Shown here: one piece after another, positions 1 to 41,724 of the stretch | How positions within the stretch are numbered: the stretch's first letter is position 1 | How the letters are laid out: each line of letters starts with the position of its first letter | Assembly (NCBI GenBank): GCA_951804945.1 | Contig: OX638164.1 | Span: 25,606,001-25,670,000, forward strand | DNA: 64,000 nt | Origin: Podarcis cretensis | Taxonomy: Eukaryota | Direction: 5' to 3' | Translations under genes and position numbers: made by a program | Notes under the pieces: model-generated | What the model was told of the DNA's origin: nothing | The model's database searches: none | Seen by the model: only the letters and a program-made list of their open reading frames with translations

Positions 1-2178
1 TTGGAAATCAGTTCCTCATTTGTATATTGTTTCCAGTGTTGGACACGTTGGACCCTGAGGTGTGTGATTAGGGCCATCTGAAGGCCCCTACCTTTGAATG
101 AAATAGGGAGGCAGAGTTTGTCCGCATCACACTAGGAGTCCATGTCAAGCTGCTTCTAGTAGCACAGGTCATGCAAGGTAAACTGGGAGCTCGCTCTCCA
201 GCATAATGCAGTGTGTTCACCACTGGACCAAAGTCTCTATGATGCCTGTACAACTGCAGCATTTATCCAGTCATGCCGTCTGCTGACCAATGCCACATGG
301 CACTTTCATGCCTTGGCTTAGAACTATGCAGTTGGGAGATAAGACTAAACAAACAGCTCTGTTACCAAACTCTCTTTGAGTTTCGCTTCAAAGTTTATGA
401 AACTTCACAAGTGAACAATTATGCTCAAGAATATATGAGGCTTGTTAGTCTGAGATGTGATTCTTTGCAACGACACAGTTGGAAACCTAGCTTGTGTCCC
501 TCTGTGCTCCATGGAAAAGTAGTAAGAGCAGCTCTTTTAGAGAGGCCATTATGAAGTAATAGTCAGTGCACCTTACTATGCTAATAGCAAGTGTGCATGA
601 AGTCATGCTGTACAAATCTTGCATTACAAACATTATGCAAACGTTGTATGTTAAACTTTTGACAGCAGTATTTGACGGAATAAAGTGTTGAGAGAACTGG
701 AAACATACACTAGCTTGTCTCCTGGAGGCTTTTAAACCAAGAATACTATACTGGTTCACATTGGCACCCTTAGGATCCTTTGTTTCCGCTATCATGCCAG
801 CTTTGCAGGTGACATTAAAATGTACAAGGGCACAAATGGGCACTTGCATTCGCTCCATTGTGTCCTCTTCACCAAGCTGCTTAATTGTTCACCTCTGCGT
901 TTGCTCTTCAGCTGTGAGTTCTGCCCTTGAAGCTGTTCTTACTATGCAGGTTATCTTTTGGCTCATTTTAAGGCTCTCACATTCAGGGTTCTTGGGAATG
1001 GATCTGCAATGCATATAGGTGGGCTGGTAGTAGTTAACACAGTTGCAACTTCCTGCTGAGAGTTTTCATCACATGGCAGAGACCCCATGCTGAGCAGAAC
1101 TTGGAGTACCCAGAGAAGAGTGACAAGAAGGGGGTAGGAAAACAGGAATCCAGACCCCACCCGCATTGTCAGGATCAAGGCTAAAAACTGCTTGCAGATT
1201 CCTAACACCATCATCACAGACACCTGTGATTGTTCCAGCCATGTCTTCCAGAAAAAAAAATCTTTTTCATAGGATCAAACAAAATGAGTGACCATGGACA
1301 ACACCATTGTGTAAAATTGTACCCTGTTTCTACAGTGTCTTTATAGCTTTAGGCTAATTGTCTTAGCTGTGTGCGAGTTACACATCTCTGATTGATATAT
1401 AAACATAATTGGGGCTATACGTAGTACCTGCACAGTGAAGTCACAGTACTTAATTGTACTCAGGAGCACCAACAGCACAAGCAGCCTTTAATGGAAACTC
1501 ATAAACTGATGGTTCAGTGCAGCTCCTAACGTTAGTTCGTAACAGGAAGGGAAGGAGATGTATTTCCTGTACTACTCTGTGTCTAACCTTTGATGGTGCT
1601 TGGTATGAACCAGGCCTGGCCACTGATAAGGCAGAGCAGGGTGAGGCACCCGCCCCAAGCAGTGGAAGCTCAAGAGGCAGTGCCCATCTCTCCTCTGCTA
1701 CCCATCCTACCACTTCCAGAGGGCATGAGATGCCAGCAAGATCTCAGTGGAAGGCACCACTGCTGCTGTTGCTTTGTGGGTAAGAGAAGTGTGGCAGCAA
1801 GGGCATGTTGCCATTTCGCCTCAAGTGGCAAAACAGGGCATGGTGCACCAGTATGAAGTTAATATGACTTGCCTTCATGGTGTGGGGTCTGGTTAAAATG
1901 CCATGATGGGAGAAGTCTGCTCCTGGATTTTCTTCCTCGGGATTTGAACTGTTTTGCTGGAGCCCAAACTCTTATAGAGGCGTTAGAGAAAATATCTTGA
2001 GCTGCTAAGATGTGAACAAGGATATAGTGTTTTTGTATATCGTTTGGGCTCAAACCAGGGCCCCCACAAGTGCAAAGAGCTCACAGGGATTTGGGGGCTT
2101 AATATACATTAGGTTCCATTTTGTTTTGTTGAGCATACCAGATAAATACATTCAGCCTGCACTTAAAAATATAGCTAA

Positions 2179-30429
<28,251 letters not shown>

Positions 30430-33400
30430 CAAGTTTTTGGAGTGTTGCAGATGGAAGGTGGATTGTTTGAAGTGAAGGACGGAAATGCATGTGGATTTCC
30501 ATGTACGTCCCATCCCTAAAATTCATGGTTTGTGACCCAACCCTTGACTTTAACAGATGACTATACAAACCCTCCTAAATTGGTACTAGCAGGGAAATGA
30601 CTGAGCATCACTCGCTCTGCAAGGAAACTCGATGGCAGGGGTTGTGGAGGCAAGGTACTGCACTTTCGATAGAAGAGGGGACTACTTTGAAAGGAAAGAG
30701 GCGACACACTTGCAGGGAAGAAGGAGATCTGCAAACCATGCAGCCCCTGTCGGAGGAAGCCTGGAAGGGATCAAGAAGAGTAGCGAACATGGGACGACAC
30801 CTTGCTACTTGGCAATAAAAGCAATACATTTTTCATTGGAACGCTGCAAAGTTGTGCGCTGATATTGAAGCAAATCAGGAATGTAGCGTGCTGGGGATTG
30901 AACAACCTTTCTCTGAGCTGCTGGTGTAGAACTTGACTGCAGCTGATCCTCATAGGACTCACATGGCGCCTCTCACAATCTCCACTTCCTTCTGTTGACT
31001 CTCGCCAGGAAATTCCTGATCTTTATGAACCCTGACAAGCCCCTGGATCTTGTGACGAAAGGGTCCATATACCGTTGTCAAAAGAAGGCTGGAGTTGGAC
31101 GTCCAGGATTTTCATAGAACTTAAGTGTGTGTTGGAAGCCCCTCCAGAGATCAATGGACAAGAATTGGGAGGTGGGGGGGGGGAAAGCCAGGGGTGTGTG
31201 GGGAGGCTATACAACGTTGCCCCTTGGGGGAGCATGGGGGGAGCTGTGATCACTGGAGAAGTAGTTATAAGCTGCCCTTTGTTGCTTTTCTGTTTTAAAA
31301 GAAGAAGCAACTTTACTTTGGACTAAGCAGTGTGTATTGCTTTTGGTTTCTTAGGCTTTGTATATTTCGACAGTTATTTAGGGAATTAGCATTTTAAGGA
31401 CGAAACAAAATGAGCTTATCAGAAAACCCATGTGAAGTGATAGTGCTGTGCCTTTTTGGGTTCATTTTGAGACTCTTACGCTTTTTCTTTTTCTTTTTCT
31501 GAAGTAGAAAATACCCCCGTTTATGTCCATGCTGACGCCAAAGTCCCTTCAGAGCTCAAATTCCACCATGTGGAATGCAGGTTTAACGTTCTCCTTAAGT
31601 GTTTCTGACTTGTTCATCATTAGTATATCTGAAATGTTAAAAAGTATTACAGCAATATTTAGGATCAATAACTGTTGACTTGTAACCACTTCAACAGGCA
31701 ATCTGCTCTATCAAGAGTTTGGCCGAGACCTTTTGCGATGCATGACACGCTGGCCACAGAACCATAGGAAAGAATACAGAGGATCCCTTGAATTTGTCAC
31801 GTAAGAGGATTTAGATAATAATAAATGCCGTGACAGTGTTAGGAAAGGCACTACGGGTTACTGAGCATCCTGCTGGGAGCAGATGAAGATTTAAGCACAA
31901 CACAGATTTGTTTTAAGCACAAAGAACAATGGATTAGCAAAGTCGATCTGGCTGAAGACAAATGTAGGCCTGGTTCTCAACTGAGGGGCTCAACTGGCAC
32001 CTGAGCTGCACCACTTTGGGCTGCAGGTGTGGCCGTGCCCCATCTGGGCCCTTCTGGGTGTGGGGCAGCAGAGGGAAGGCAGCTGACAGGAAGCAGCTGG
32101 CAATAGGACCTCTGCAGCAGCTACCACCTGTTTTCAAGATATTCAGATGCTTTAAAGAAAAGAAGCACAAACCTCAAGCCCTCTCACTCCCCAAGTTGCT
32201 GAAATGGTGCCTTGTCAGGCTTCCCAGTTTTCTAAACAAAAGGTTCCCAACGGAGAACTTCCAGTTCAGCCCTAATTTGGAGGGGGCTTGTAAGGGGGAA
32301 CATTCCATCCTGTCAGCCCCCCTCCAGCCCTGACCCCCCCCTACAGTCTGAAATGGTGCAGCCCAGCTTGGTGGTGTGAACTGTGCCTCTCTTCTTCAAG
32401 GGGAAACTTTACCCCTCCCCTCCCGACCCATTTTCGTCCATGTGCCGCATTCACACTGTGCGATGCTTAAACTTCCCGTTTTAATTGCCACACCAACTGT
32501 TTGCTCCTAGCTGCTGTCTTTGCCATTAATCCCCCCCCCCCCCCCCGCCTCAGCCAAGTTTTGAACTCTCAGAGAAATGAGTGACTTGGAGACAGGCTTT
32601 GATTCAGCAAGGAGCTGTGTCCTGAAGAGACCTCTTGCCTTGCGGAATTCCTTCCTGTGGACAATCCTTGCCCTTAGGAACCGGGACCTTTGGGTTCTTG
32701 AGAGGCGAGCCAGGAATTAATAACCTTCCGTTGACTTGTAAACTGCTGAAGCACGCTGACTTAAGGTGCTTTTCCCGCAAGGAAATCCTTTCCTGCTATA
32801 TCCTATGCACTTTGGGTGGGGAGGAGAGGTCAGCCAAGCTGACGCCAACTGCCTTATTTCCTTGTAAGCAGTGGGAGGAACCCCCACTGGCCCTTGAGAC
32901 CTGCCCACCCAGCTGCTAACCTCTTACTTTATTCAGTTTGCATATGGTGGTGGTGCTGTGAGCAAGCTTAGGTCAGCCATTCCTCTCCCCTTTGCTCTGT
33001 GGAGAAGGCAACCTCAGCCTTTGGACCCTGTCCAGCCCACAGAGGCTTTTCACCGGGGGCATTGCAGCAACGGTCTGTGTTAGCCAAAACCTTGATGGGC
33101 TGGACGCCACGTTCAGACCTTGCGTTGTCTACTCTACACCCCATGTTCTTAGTCTCCGGAGCTGTTTCCCACAATAGAAGGAGGCTTTCATTGTGCGTGG
33201 AAGATATAAGCGCTGGTACTGTATGTTGGTGGTCCTTGATTTAACGCCCAGGAGATTCGTGAGCTGGCGTCTCCTTTGCAATACGTTACTCCGTGGCGAC
33301 TGGGGAGTAAGGTTTGTTAGGATCCCAGCTCACGTCCTTGCAGAGGGCAGCCAAAGAGCAGAGATCCACCAAGGAATAACATAGCTTTGGCTTGCACAGC

Positions 33401-33688
33401 TTTTCCTTCCCCTGGGTGGGGCGGGGGCACCCAGAGCACAACCTGTAGCCAGCCTCAGGAGGTGGCTGTAGCTCCATATCCAGGTGCAGAGAAGTGATAA
33501 GCATCACTTTCCTTGGCAGTCGCTTTGTACCTCAGCAGATGGGGCAGAAGTTCTGAATGTTGAACTATATCAGGCATAGCTAACCCCTTCTGCTTAACAG
33601 CTTGTGTTTCGGAACATTTGTTGTCATTTATATTACAACAGAGGAATCCATTTTTCTTAACTCTACATATCCTTAGCGCACTTGCCTG

Positions 33689-33691
<3 letters not shown>

Positions 33692-33740
<49 letters not shown>
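33692..33740. repeat. (CT)n microsatellite in the putative SIK2 3' UTR
   Basis: About 24 TC units. Confidence 0.95.
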
Positions 33741-33743
<3 letters not shown>

Positions 33744-34120
33744 CTGCTCCTTCAGAATAGCCGCTTCTTCTGTCGAGTCTGCTGTTGATGTCTGTTGTTA
33801 GAGGATTTGTGTATACTACTGTATAACAATTACTAGCTTTATTAGTTTTAATACAGGTTCCTTTGAAGAGACTTTGGTGAGATGTACATGGGGCGGGGCG
33901 GGGGGGTTAAACAAATTTTTCATATGGAGACAAGTGCAATATGTGTGTGTGGTACGTTCTTTAATGTATTTTTTTAAGAAGAGTTAAAAGGGTTTTAGTC
34001 TTCGCTTTGGGAGAAATGCACTAGTTTGGTCAGCGCCGGTTTTTGGCGCATCCATCTGTAGAATCAACATGCAGTTGGTATGCTGGACTCTGTAAAAGCA
34101 ATTACCGTGTATTAATGCAA

Positions 34121-34126
34121 AATAAA
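34121..34126 (+). terminator. candidate distal SIK2 polyadenylation signal
   Basis: AATAAA with upstream TGTA motifs and downstream tggttttttt. Confidence 0.55.
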
Positions 34127-35891
34127 GAACATGGACCTTCTGGTTTTTTTATATATATACACATAAAAAAAAAAATTGGTGAGCTGCAGTGGCCTTCTCT
34201 GTTCCTTTGCATGCCATGTTTGGTAGCCTTTCCCCTGGAGGAGATTCTGCACGCAAAAGGCACCTGTAGGCAACAAATTGAAAAACCCGATTCTCAAAAG
34301 GCTTCCTTCCCAAGTCCTGTAAGAATAGTCAGCCACCTTTGGGTCTGGAAGCAAACAGTGAGAAGAGTTTTTACTTTGCAGGCAGCTTGCCAGAAAGAGA
34401 CTGAGCAAGGAGTGATGTCCTGGACTGCAGAAGCACCTACTGCATAGGCATTTTCTCTCTTGGGACTCCACACCTTCACCCCTGGAAAATAACCAGGCTT
34501 TTTAAGTTGCAATAGACTTTGAGCAGTCTTTGTGGAATTGTCAAGTTGCCTGGGGTAGAGCAAAGCTAGGAGACGGCTGAATGCCTAGGTAGCACTGGGG
34601 CAGGAGGGAGTGCCTCTGCCCCTTTACCTTTAGGATCAAACCATTAATGGGAAATATATTGTTTCCCTTTCAGAAATCTAATGTGTGGAGCAAATCTCAC
34701 CCCTGTTTCTCTCCCTTTGCCATGCCCTGACCTTCCCTCCTAATATATTTTTGGTGCCACCACTGGCAGGGAAGTGCAGACATATACTCTGCAGAATATA
34801 TAATATGTAACATGAAAAGCAAACCACCTTCTTGCCAAAGTAGTTTCTTCAGCAAGGTGTCAAGCGGCCCTGTTCAATTCACGCTCTGTTGTTGACATCA
34901 GGGGGAGGATATTATGGTGATGAAAAACAGGAGCAACATTACAAGATGTCATTGCAATGATTCTCCTTTTCTTCTACTTTCTCTCCATTAGGATATAAAT
35001 AATTCTGTTTGCCGGATACGATGGGAGTTGCAAATGGATTCCATAGATTAATTGGGGAACTTAAAAAATAATAAGACTATATTCAGACTTGTTTTTCAGT
35101 GCAAGCCAGAGCCAGGCTTTGCAGAGAAGTCATACGCTAATCAGAAGCTACGTCTAGCAAATCTGAGACATTTGATAAGCAACAACATCTGTGTGTGGTT
35201 ATATAAAATCTTAAGGTCTCTCTACTCAGTAATGTGTGTGATGGAAGAAACTGATTTGAGAAGTTGAAGGAAGAAAATATTAACCATTTGTAATCTGCAC
35301 AGGAACATACATTTATAGCAGGCTAAACAGGTCAGGAGTTCAACTGTGTACATGGTGGCTCCTTTAGCCCCACAGCATTGGCAGGCATGACCTGAGGAGG
35401 CTACTAATTGCAAAGCAATGCCCCTGTCCCATTTCTGTCCTACTTTATCACTGGTATCCATTGTCTCCTACGGCAGGGAGTTCCACCATTCATTGGCTGC
35501 AGTGGATGATGGGTTTTTTTAAGATGGCTGTGTGTGAATCACTGTGTATACCTCCCACCAATACATTTGCCTATGGGGGAATATTTGCAATACGTTATGG
35601 GTTTTCATTTGTAAAGCACAGGCTCTCATTTTACTAACAAGCTAGCCAAGCAGAGGTTTTCCGGAACACCTTAGAGCAGCCTTCACCAACTTGGCAAATA
35701 AATATGGCGTGATGAGCACAGGCTTTATCTACACATTCCTAGTTGGAACTTGCTTGCGAGAAGAAGACAAACCAGTCATATTCATACTGTTTGGCTTTGT
35801 AAATGCACTTGCTATCCTGACAAACTGCTCTTTTGGAAGGTTGCTCTTAAGATAAAATGATGAAGGAGACTTTTTCTCTGAAACAAGAATA

Positions 35892-36041
35892 CCATATTTT
35901 TCTGTGTATAAGACTAGGTTTTTTCCCTAAAAAATGAATTCAAAAATCAGGGGGCATCTTATACACGGATACATCTCTCCCCCATTTTCTTAAATCTGAG
36001 TCCCCAAAAATAGAGGGCGTCTTATACATGGAAAAATGCAG
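35892..36041. mobile_element. older Tc2/pogo-like MITE
   Basis: ta|ccatatttttctgtgtataagac...gtcttatacatggaaaaatgcag|ta. Confidence 0.7.
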
Positions 36042-36282
36042 TATGTAGACTTGAGCTCTTTCTCTGAACACATCATTGTTAATGACCATATCATGTGAGT
36101 TCTTTTAAAATCCTCCATGTGTTAAAAAAGCGATTTAATGTCTACATTTGAAGGGGACAGACATGTCAGTTGTTTGAAACCTTTCCCTCAGATTTTGGAA
36201 CATAAATAGTAGCAACCTGTCTTTTTTTGCAATAATCCATCTAGAGTTTTGGGGAGGGGGAGAATTGGCAACAAGGAGCATA

Positions 36283-36645
36283 AAGGTAAAGGTAAAGGTA
36301 CCCCTGCCCGTACGGGCCAGTCTTGACAGACTCTGGGGTTGTGCGCCCATCTCACTTAAGAGGCCAGGGGCCAGCGCTGTCCGGAGACACTTCCGGGTCA
36401 CGTGGCCAGCGTGACATCGCTGCTCCGGCGAGCCAGAGCTGCACACGGAAACGCCGTTTACCTTCCCGCTGGTAAGCGGTCCCTATTTATCTACTTGCAC
36501 CCGGAGGTGCTTTCGAACTGCTAGGTTGGCAGGCGCTGGGACCGAGCAGCGGGAGCGCACCCCGCCGCAGGGATTCAAACCGCCGACCTTTCGATCGGCA
36601 AGTCCTAGGCGCTGAGGCTTTAACCCACAGCGCCACCTGCGTCCC
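36283..36645 (-). mobile_element. Sauria SINE, full length, young (near-identical to 6607-6970)
   Basis: (AAAGGT)n tail, tRNA-like head, perfect 13-bp TSD aacaaggagcata (36270-36282 / 36647-36659). Confidence 0.92.
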
Positions 36646-37537
36646 TAACAAGGAGCATAGAAGGAAGCAAATTAAACCGGGAAGGCTATTTACTCTCCTA
36701 AATAGTCCAAGATGACGCGCTCTCTCTCTTTCCTTCCTCTGCTTCATGCACTGTGCTCTATATAAAGGGCTAGCCAGCATTTTCAAGCCAGTAAAACGAT
36801 CAGGTGCCTTATATCCTGGAGGCTTCTAGAGAGAATGGAAGCGGAGAATGTGCTCTGAATGACGTCAGCTGGGTAAATAATACCCTGCATTGAAATTGCC
36901 AGAGTATGCATTACCCTTTCAGCGAGGCCCTGCTGAGGCCATCCTACTGCAAAGAAAACTGCACAGGCCAGATGCCTTTTTCTGCAGTATATTTCTTTTC
37001 TCCTTTTTTTGTACAGAGTAGGAATTCAAAGGAGCGGAAAAGAGGGGGAAGGTGCCTGGAGAAACAAAATCTGCCCGTGCTCAGCGTGGAAACACCTTGG
37101 GCAAGAGACATTTTCACTGGCTGCTTTCTGTTTATCTCAGGACTGGCCATATAAAAACGGAGAATCAGCCGGCCACCCATTTCCAAATTCAGCACCCTGA
37201 AGACTGCACATCTCTGTTCCTCGCTTCTTTCTCATTTAACCCCGGAAAATAACAAGGAAACATCTCTGTTGCTCACCTGTTTCTAGCCTCAAAAGTTTCC
37301 AGATAACTTCCAAGTTATTAGTTAACCCAGATTGTGGAAGCAGAATAAATTAAAGCAATATTAAATATTACCTAACAAATTTGGATCTCGGAATTTGTGC
37401 TTCCTGGGGAAAGAATCCATAAAGCTCAGTGTTTGACTGCTGCTGCTTTACTTTATATCTGCTTTGGGGGAGCAAGTAATGATTGACACTGCCCCCCAGG
37501 CCTCTCTTCTTTTAGTGACTGATGGCTCTCTGGATAG

Positions 37538-37891
37538 AAGGTAAAGGTAAAGGGATCCCTGACCATTAGGTCCAGTTGTGGCCGACTGGGGTTGTGGCAC
37601 TCATCTCACTTTATTGGCCGAGGGAGCCAGCGTACAGCTTCTGGGTCATGTGGCCAGCATGACTAAGCTGCTTCTGGCAAACCAGAGCAGCACACGGAAA
37701 TGCCTTTTACCTTCCTGCCGGAGTGGTACCTATTTATCTACTTGCACTTTGACGTGCTTTCGAACTGCTAGGTTGGCAGCAGCAGGGACCGAGCAACGGG
37801 AGCTCACCCCACTGCGGGGATTTGAACCGCCGACCTTCTGATTGGCAAGTCCTAGGCTCTGTGGTTTAACCCACAGCGCCACCCGCGTCCC
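37538..37891 (-). mobile_element. Sauria SINE, second subfamily
   Basis: aaggtaaaggtaaagggatccctgaccattaggtccag...ccacagcgccacccgcgtccc. Confidence 0.88.
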
Positions 37892-40800
37892 TACCAGTCT
37901 GCTTATACAGCACTTCAATTTGCATCTACAAGGCAGTGTAGAAGTCTCAGAGAAAGGGCCCCTGCTCCTTTAGAGTGCCCCTTTTAGCAAGAGAAATTGG
38001 GTGTCAAACCCTTTGGCTGGAGAGTGTTAAACCCTCCAGCTCTCTAATTCCCCCTTGCCATTTCCTCCAGCTGCTAATTCATCTCCGACCTTCAACAAGT
38101 GGCAATCACCTAGGCAGATGTGTTGGCATGGCAACGGCTCCAAGGAGACGCTCTGCTCGCACTTGCCAGTGCCTGACCCACAGTCACCTTGTGCAGGAAG
38201 AGAAGCTGCGGCCCCCTCTCCCCCCACCCCACCCCAGGTTACGGTTACAGCCACACTTAGATTAGTGTGCATAATGCATAAATCTCTATCTCTGCAGCCT
38301 TGCATGCAGCAGCCACAATGCACCTGGGGACTGGATGCAGCGGGGGTTGTTCCCAGAAGAAGCAAAGAAAGCAGTTGATATTCAGTCTGGCCATGTATCA
38401 AGATTCTTGTTCTGGCTGAATCAACCCGTCACAATTAACACTGGTATCTCTGTGTTGTTGATGTACCGGTAACTGGGAGGTGTTAGGAGAGCCTTTCAAC
38501 CCAGCACTTCTTAGCGTATATGTGTTGGCTCAGTAAACCTTACAAGAACACTGTAAGGTAGACCACAGTCATCCCTGTCGTGGAGGGGGCGTTACTTAAT
38601 TGACACAGAAAATCCCACTGGTGAGCTCACAGCAGACACAAGGTTTGAAGCGCAGACATATCGACTCATACATAACTTGCCCTCTTAGCTGTTGACGCTG
38701 CACCAGCTCCCAAATCTGACGGCTGAGACTTGAAACATGTAGAGTTCAAGAGATCAATTTTCCAGATACTGGCTGTGAACCTTGATGGAGATTATATACC
38801 TGCAAGCCAATAATGAATAAGCAGAGGAGGTGAACTTAGAAAGGAGACTAGAAAAGGCTACGTGCCCACATCTGTCCTGAGTTGTCCTTAAGTCTGGGGT
38901 CTTGGCCACTGACCTAGTTGCTGTCTCTTGGCCTCAATGTTGCGTCTGTAAAATGGGAATATATGACCTCTCACATTGCTGTTGTGATTGCAAAGACAAT
39001 AAGCACCTTACAACTACTAAAACGTTTTACCTCAAGTGAGCCTCTTTGGTTCGGCAGAGGGGTCTGAGTTCAAGACCAGTGAATGGCCAGGAAGTGTTTT
39101 GTGACTTGCCGGTTGAGGTGGGTTATTTATTGACACTTGCCTTCCTCTCTTTCTTCCAGTTAGCCTCAAGCTCTGAAGGGTCCGCACAGCCGACACTCCC
39201 TGCCAGAGCAAGCCTGACATCAGCAGTTGCCAAGGAAACGGGTTTATTATTATTTTTATTATTATCAAAGCCACGTTCTTTGGAAATTTAACAAAGTGCA
39301 CATCCGTCATCTCCCTTTCTTGCCACTGTGGGGGCTGGTATCTTGGACAACACCTGGCTGGCATCCTAACCCCTCCAAACAACAACATAACATGTTTGTC
39401 CTGAGAGTCAGTGGCTGCCTCTGCAGGCTTGCTGTGAGCAAAGGGGGGGGGGCATTTGGCATATTGAGTAAGTAGGCTTCTGCTTTGGCTGTCCCTGATG
39501 GATGGGTAGGGGCAGCCATGTCACCTGTCACTGAATCGTAGAAAGGTATCGAGTCAACTACCTGAAGGAGCAGCCTTTCAGACTGGAAGGACAATGCACG
39601 CTTTCTCCCAGGTAAGTGGGGTTACAATGGCAGACTAAACTTTCCGAGTCAAAACAGCCTTATAGCCAGCTTTATCTAGAAACAAATACTGGATCCATTA
39701 ATCCATTAATAACATTAAGTCATTTCAAGCATGTTGGAAACCCGATATATTTCTGTTCTCACCCTTCCGTTTGGGCGTTCCAAGGCGGTTGCTATTTTTG
39801 TGTGGGTTTCCATCACAAACTGGCCAAATCCCGGCTGTACAATTACGGTTGATGGTTGATGATCAGACTTTTACCGTAAGGGAAGTGACTGGGAAACATC
39901 TTGGAAAGTGCAGGCCGACCCTTGCTTTGAGGCAACCTCATCTAATCTCCCCACAAATTGGGATGAGTACTCAGCCAGCAAGTTGTTCAGAAGCATCCTG
40001 TGATTCCCACTGTCTTACCACATAAATTTGGGGTATGGGTCTGCCCAGTAGTACTCTGGCTGGTTATCCAGATTTTAAAAACAAAACAAAACCACCCTGC
40101 AAAGCAATTTACACGCACTTTGTGGTAAGAGGTTGTCTGTAGGATTCAGCCACTGTTTTTTTGTGACTTGACTCCTGGACTTGATGAATGCAGTCCCTCG
40201 TTTTCCGAAGGCCATTCGTACATTACGTGTGTCCGACACATATATTCCTCTCTGTGCCAGTATGCTTTTATTTTCTCTTTCTTGTTCTCCAAAGGGCTTA
40301 CATCAGTGTTTGATTTTTCAAATCTGAACCCTGTGGGAACTGCAGCTGCTTAGAAAATGCAAGCACCTTTGCTAACAAGAGTTCTCACAATAACCCTCCC
40401 TTTTATACCAAAATTCCCAGGGATGCTTTGGAAGCCAGTATCCTTCCAAGTCATCTTAATGTTGTAAGCTTTCAGGCACCCACCTCTACAAAGCAAGGAA
40501 TTATGTGGATATGGGCGGGGGGGGGGGTGTTCTTCGTACCACCAGTTACAAAATATTATGATCATTCCTGTCTCTGCGTGTTCTCCGGCTCTCGGCCTGC
40601 AATTCTTGCCTCGTGCCCCCGATGCACTTCAAAGCCCTTTGGCTCCTGCTCCTGCCTCTCTTTTATCAGATATTTATTTATCCTTGTTCCAGTTCAAAGT
40701 CCAAAACCTTCCAGTCTTGTTTTGTTAACATTTCCCCCCCCCCTCAAAAACAAGCGCATTTTTGATAAACAGCCAGCAGGGCTGGGCTGAGCGTTCTCTT

Positions 40801-41359
40801 TGTGTGGTACCAAGGAGAATTTATTCTGGCACTGCGCGGATCCCATCACAGTTGCTCATGAGGAGCAGCGAAGGTTGAGCAGCTCGCCTTCTCCCTATTT
40901 GTTCCCTACTTAACATGCATGCCAGACCTCTTTATTACTTGCTGTGTTTTGAAAAATAGGGGTCAGGTAAATGGCAAGCCCTTATTGGGGAGCACAGTAC
41001 GATCCCCAAACACCCCACTTCTTCACATTATTAAAAAACGAAACGAAAAGTGAATCTGGTATTCTCGATGCCACGAATAAACTATTAAAGGTATAATAAA
41101 ACACCAAGTGCCGTTCAGTGAAATTAGCAACCGGAAGCCTCTGCCTCGAGAAATTTCCAAACATTCGGCAGCCAGGGAAGTAGACATGGGCAAATACCCT
41201 TATACCAATTTGTGCCAGGAATGAGGGATTTTATGCAAGGGGCTCCCCACATAAAGGGACATTTGAGCAATGGTTTAAAGGAAGGAAAGGTGGTGGCCCC
41301 CTGGCAGAGGCAAGGAAGGGGCCACTGCTGCTTTTGCTTCTCCCCAATTCAATCCCTGG

Positions 41360-41708
41360 GGCACGGCTGGCACTGTGAGTTAAACCACACAGCCTAGGAC
41401 TTGCCGATCAGAAGGTTGGCGGTTTGAATCCCCGCGACAGGATGAGCTCCCATTGCTCGGTCCTGCTCCTGCCAACCTAGCAGTTCGAAAGCACGTCAAA
41501 GTGCAAGTAGATAAATAGGTACCACTCCGGCGGGAAGGTAAACAGTGTTTTCGTGCGCTGCTCTGGTTCGCCAGAAGCGGCTTAGTCATGCTGGCTACAT
41601 GACCTGGAAGCTGGATGCCGGCTCCCTTGGCCAATAAAGCTAGATGAGCGCTGCAACCCCAGAGTCGGCCACAACTGGACCTAATGGTCAGGGGTCCCTT
41701 TACCCTTT
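41360..41708 (+). mobile_element. Sauria SINE, second subfamily
   Basis: Full body with ccctttaccctt tail; 14-bp TSD aattcaatccctgg (41346-41359 / 41709-41722). Confidence 0.9.
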
Positions 41709-41724
41709 AATTCAATCCCTGGTG

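Larger units (their letters stand above)
30430..34150 (+). other. SIK2: probable long SIK2 3' UTR (~3.7 kb)
   Basis: Follows the stop codon; AU-rich terminal block at 33.8-34.1 kb; AATAAA at 34121-34126 followed by a T-rich tract. Proximal AATAAA also at 30814 and 31820. Confidence 0.6.
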
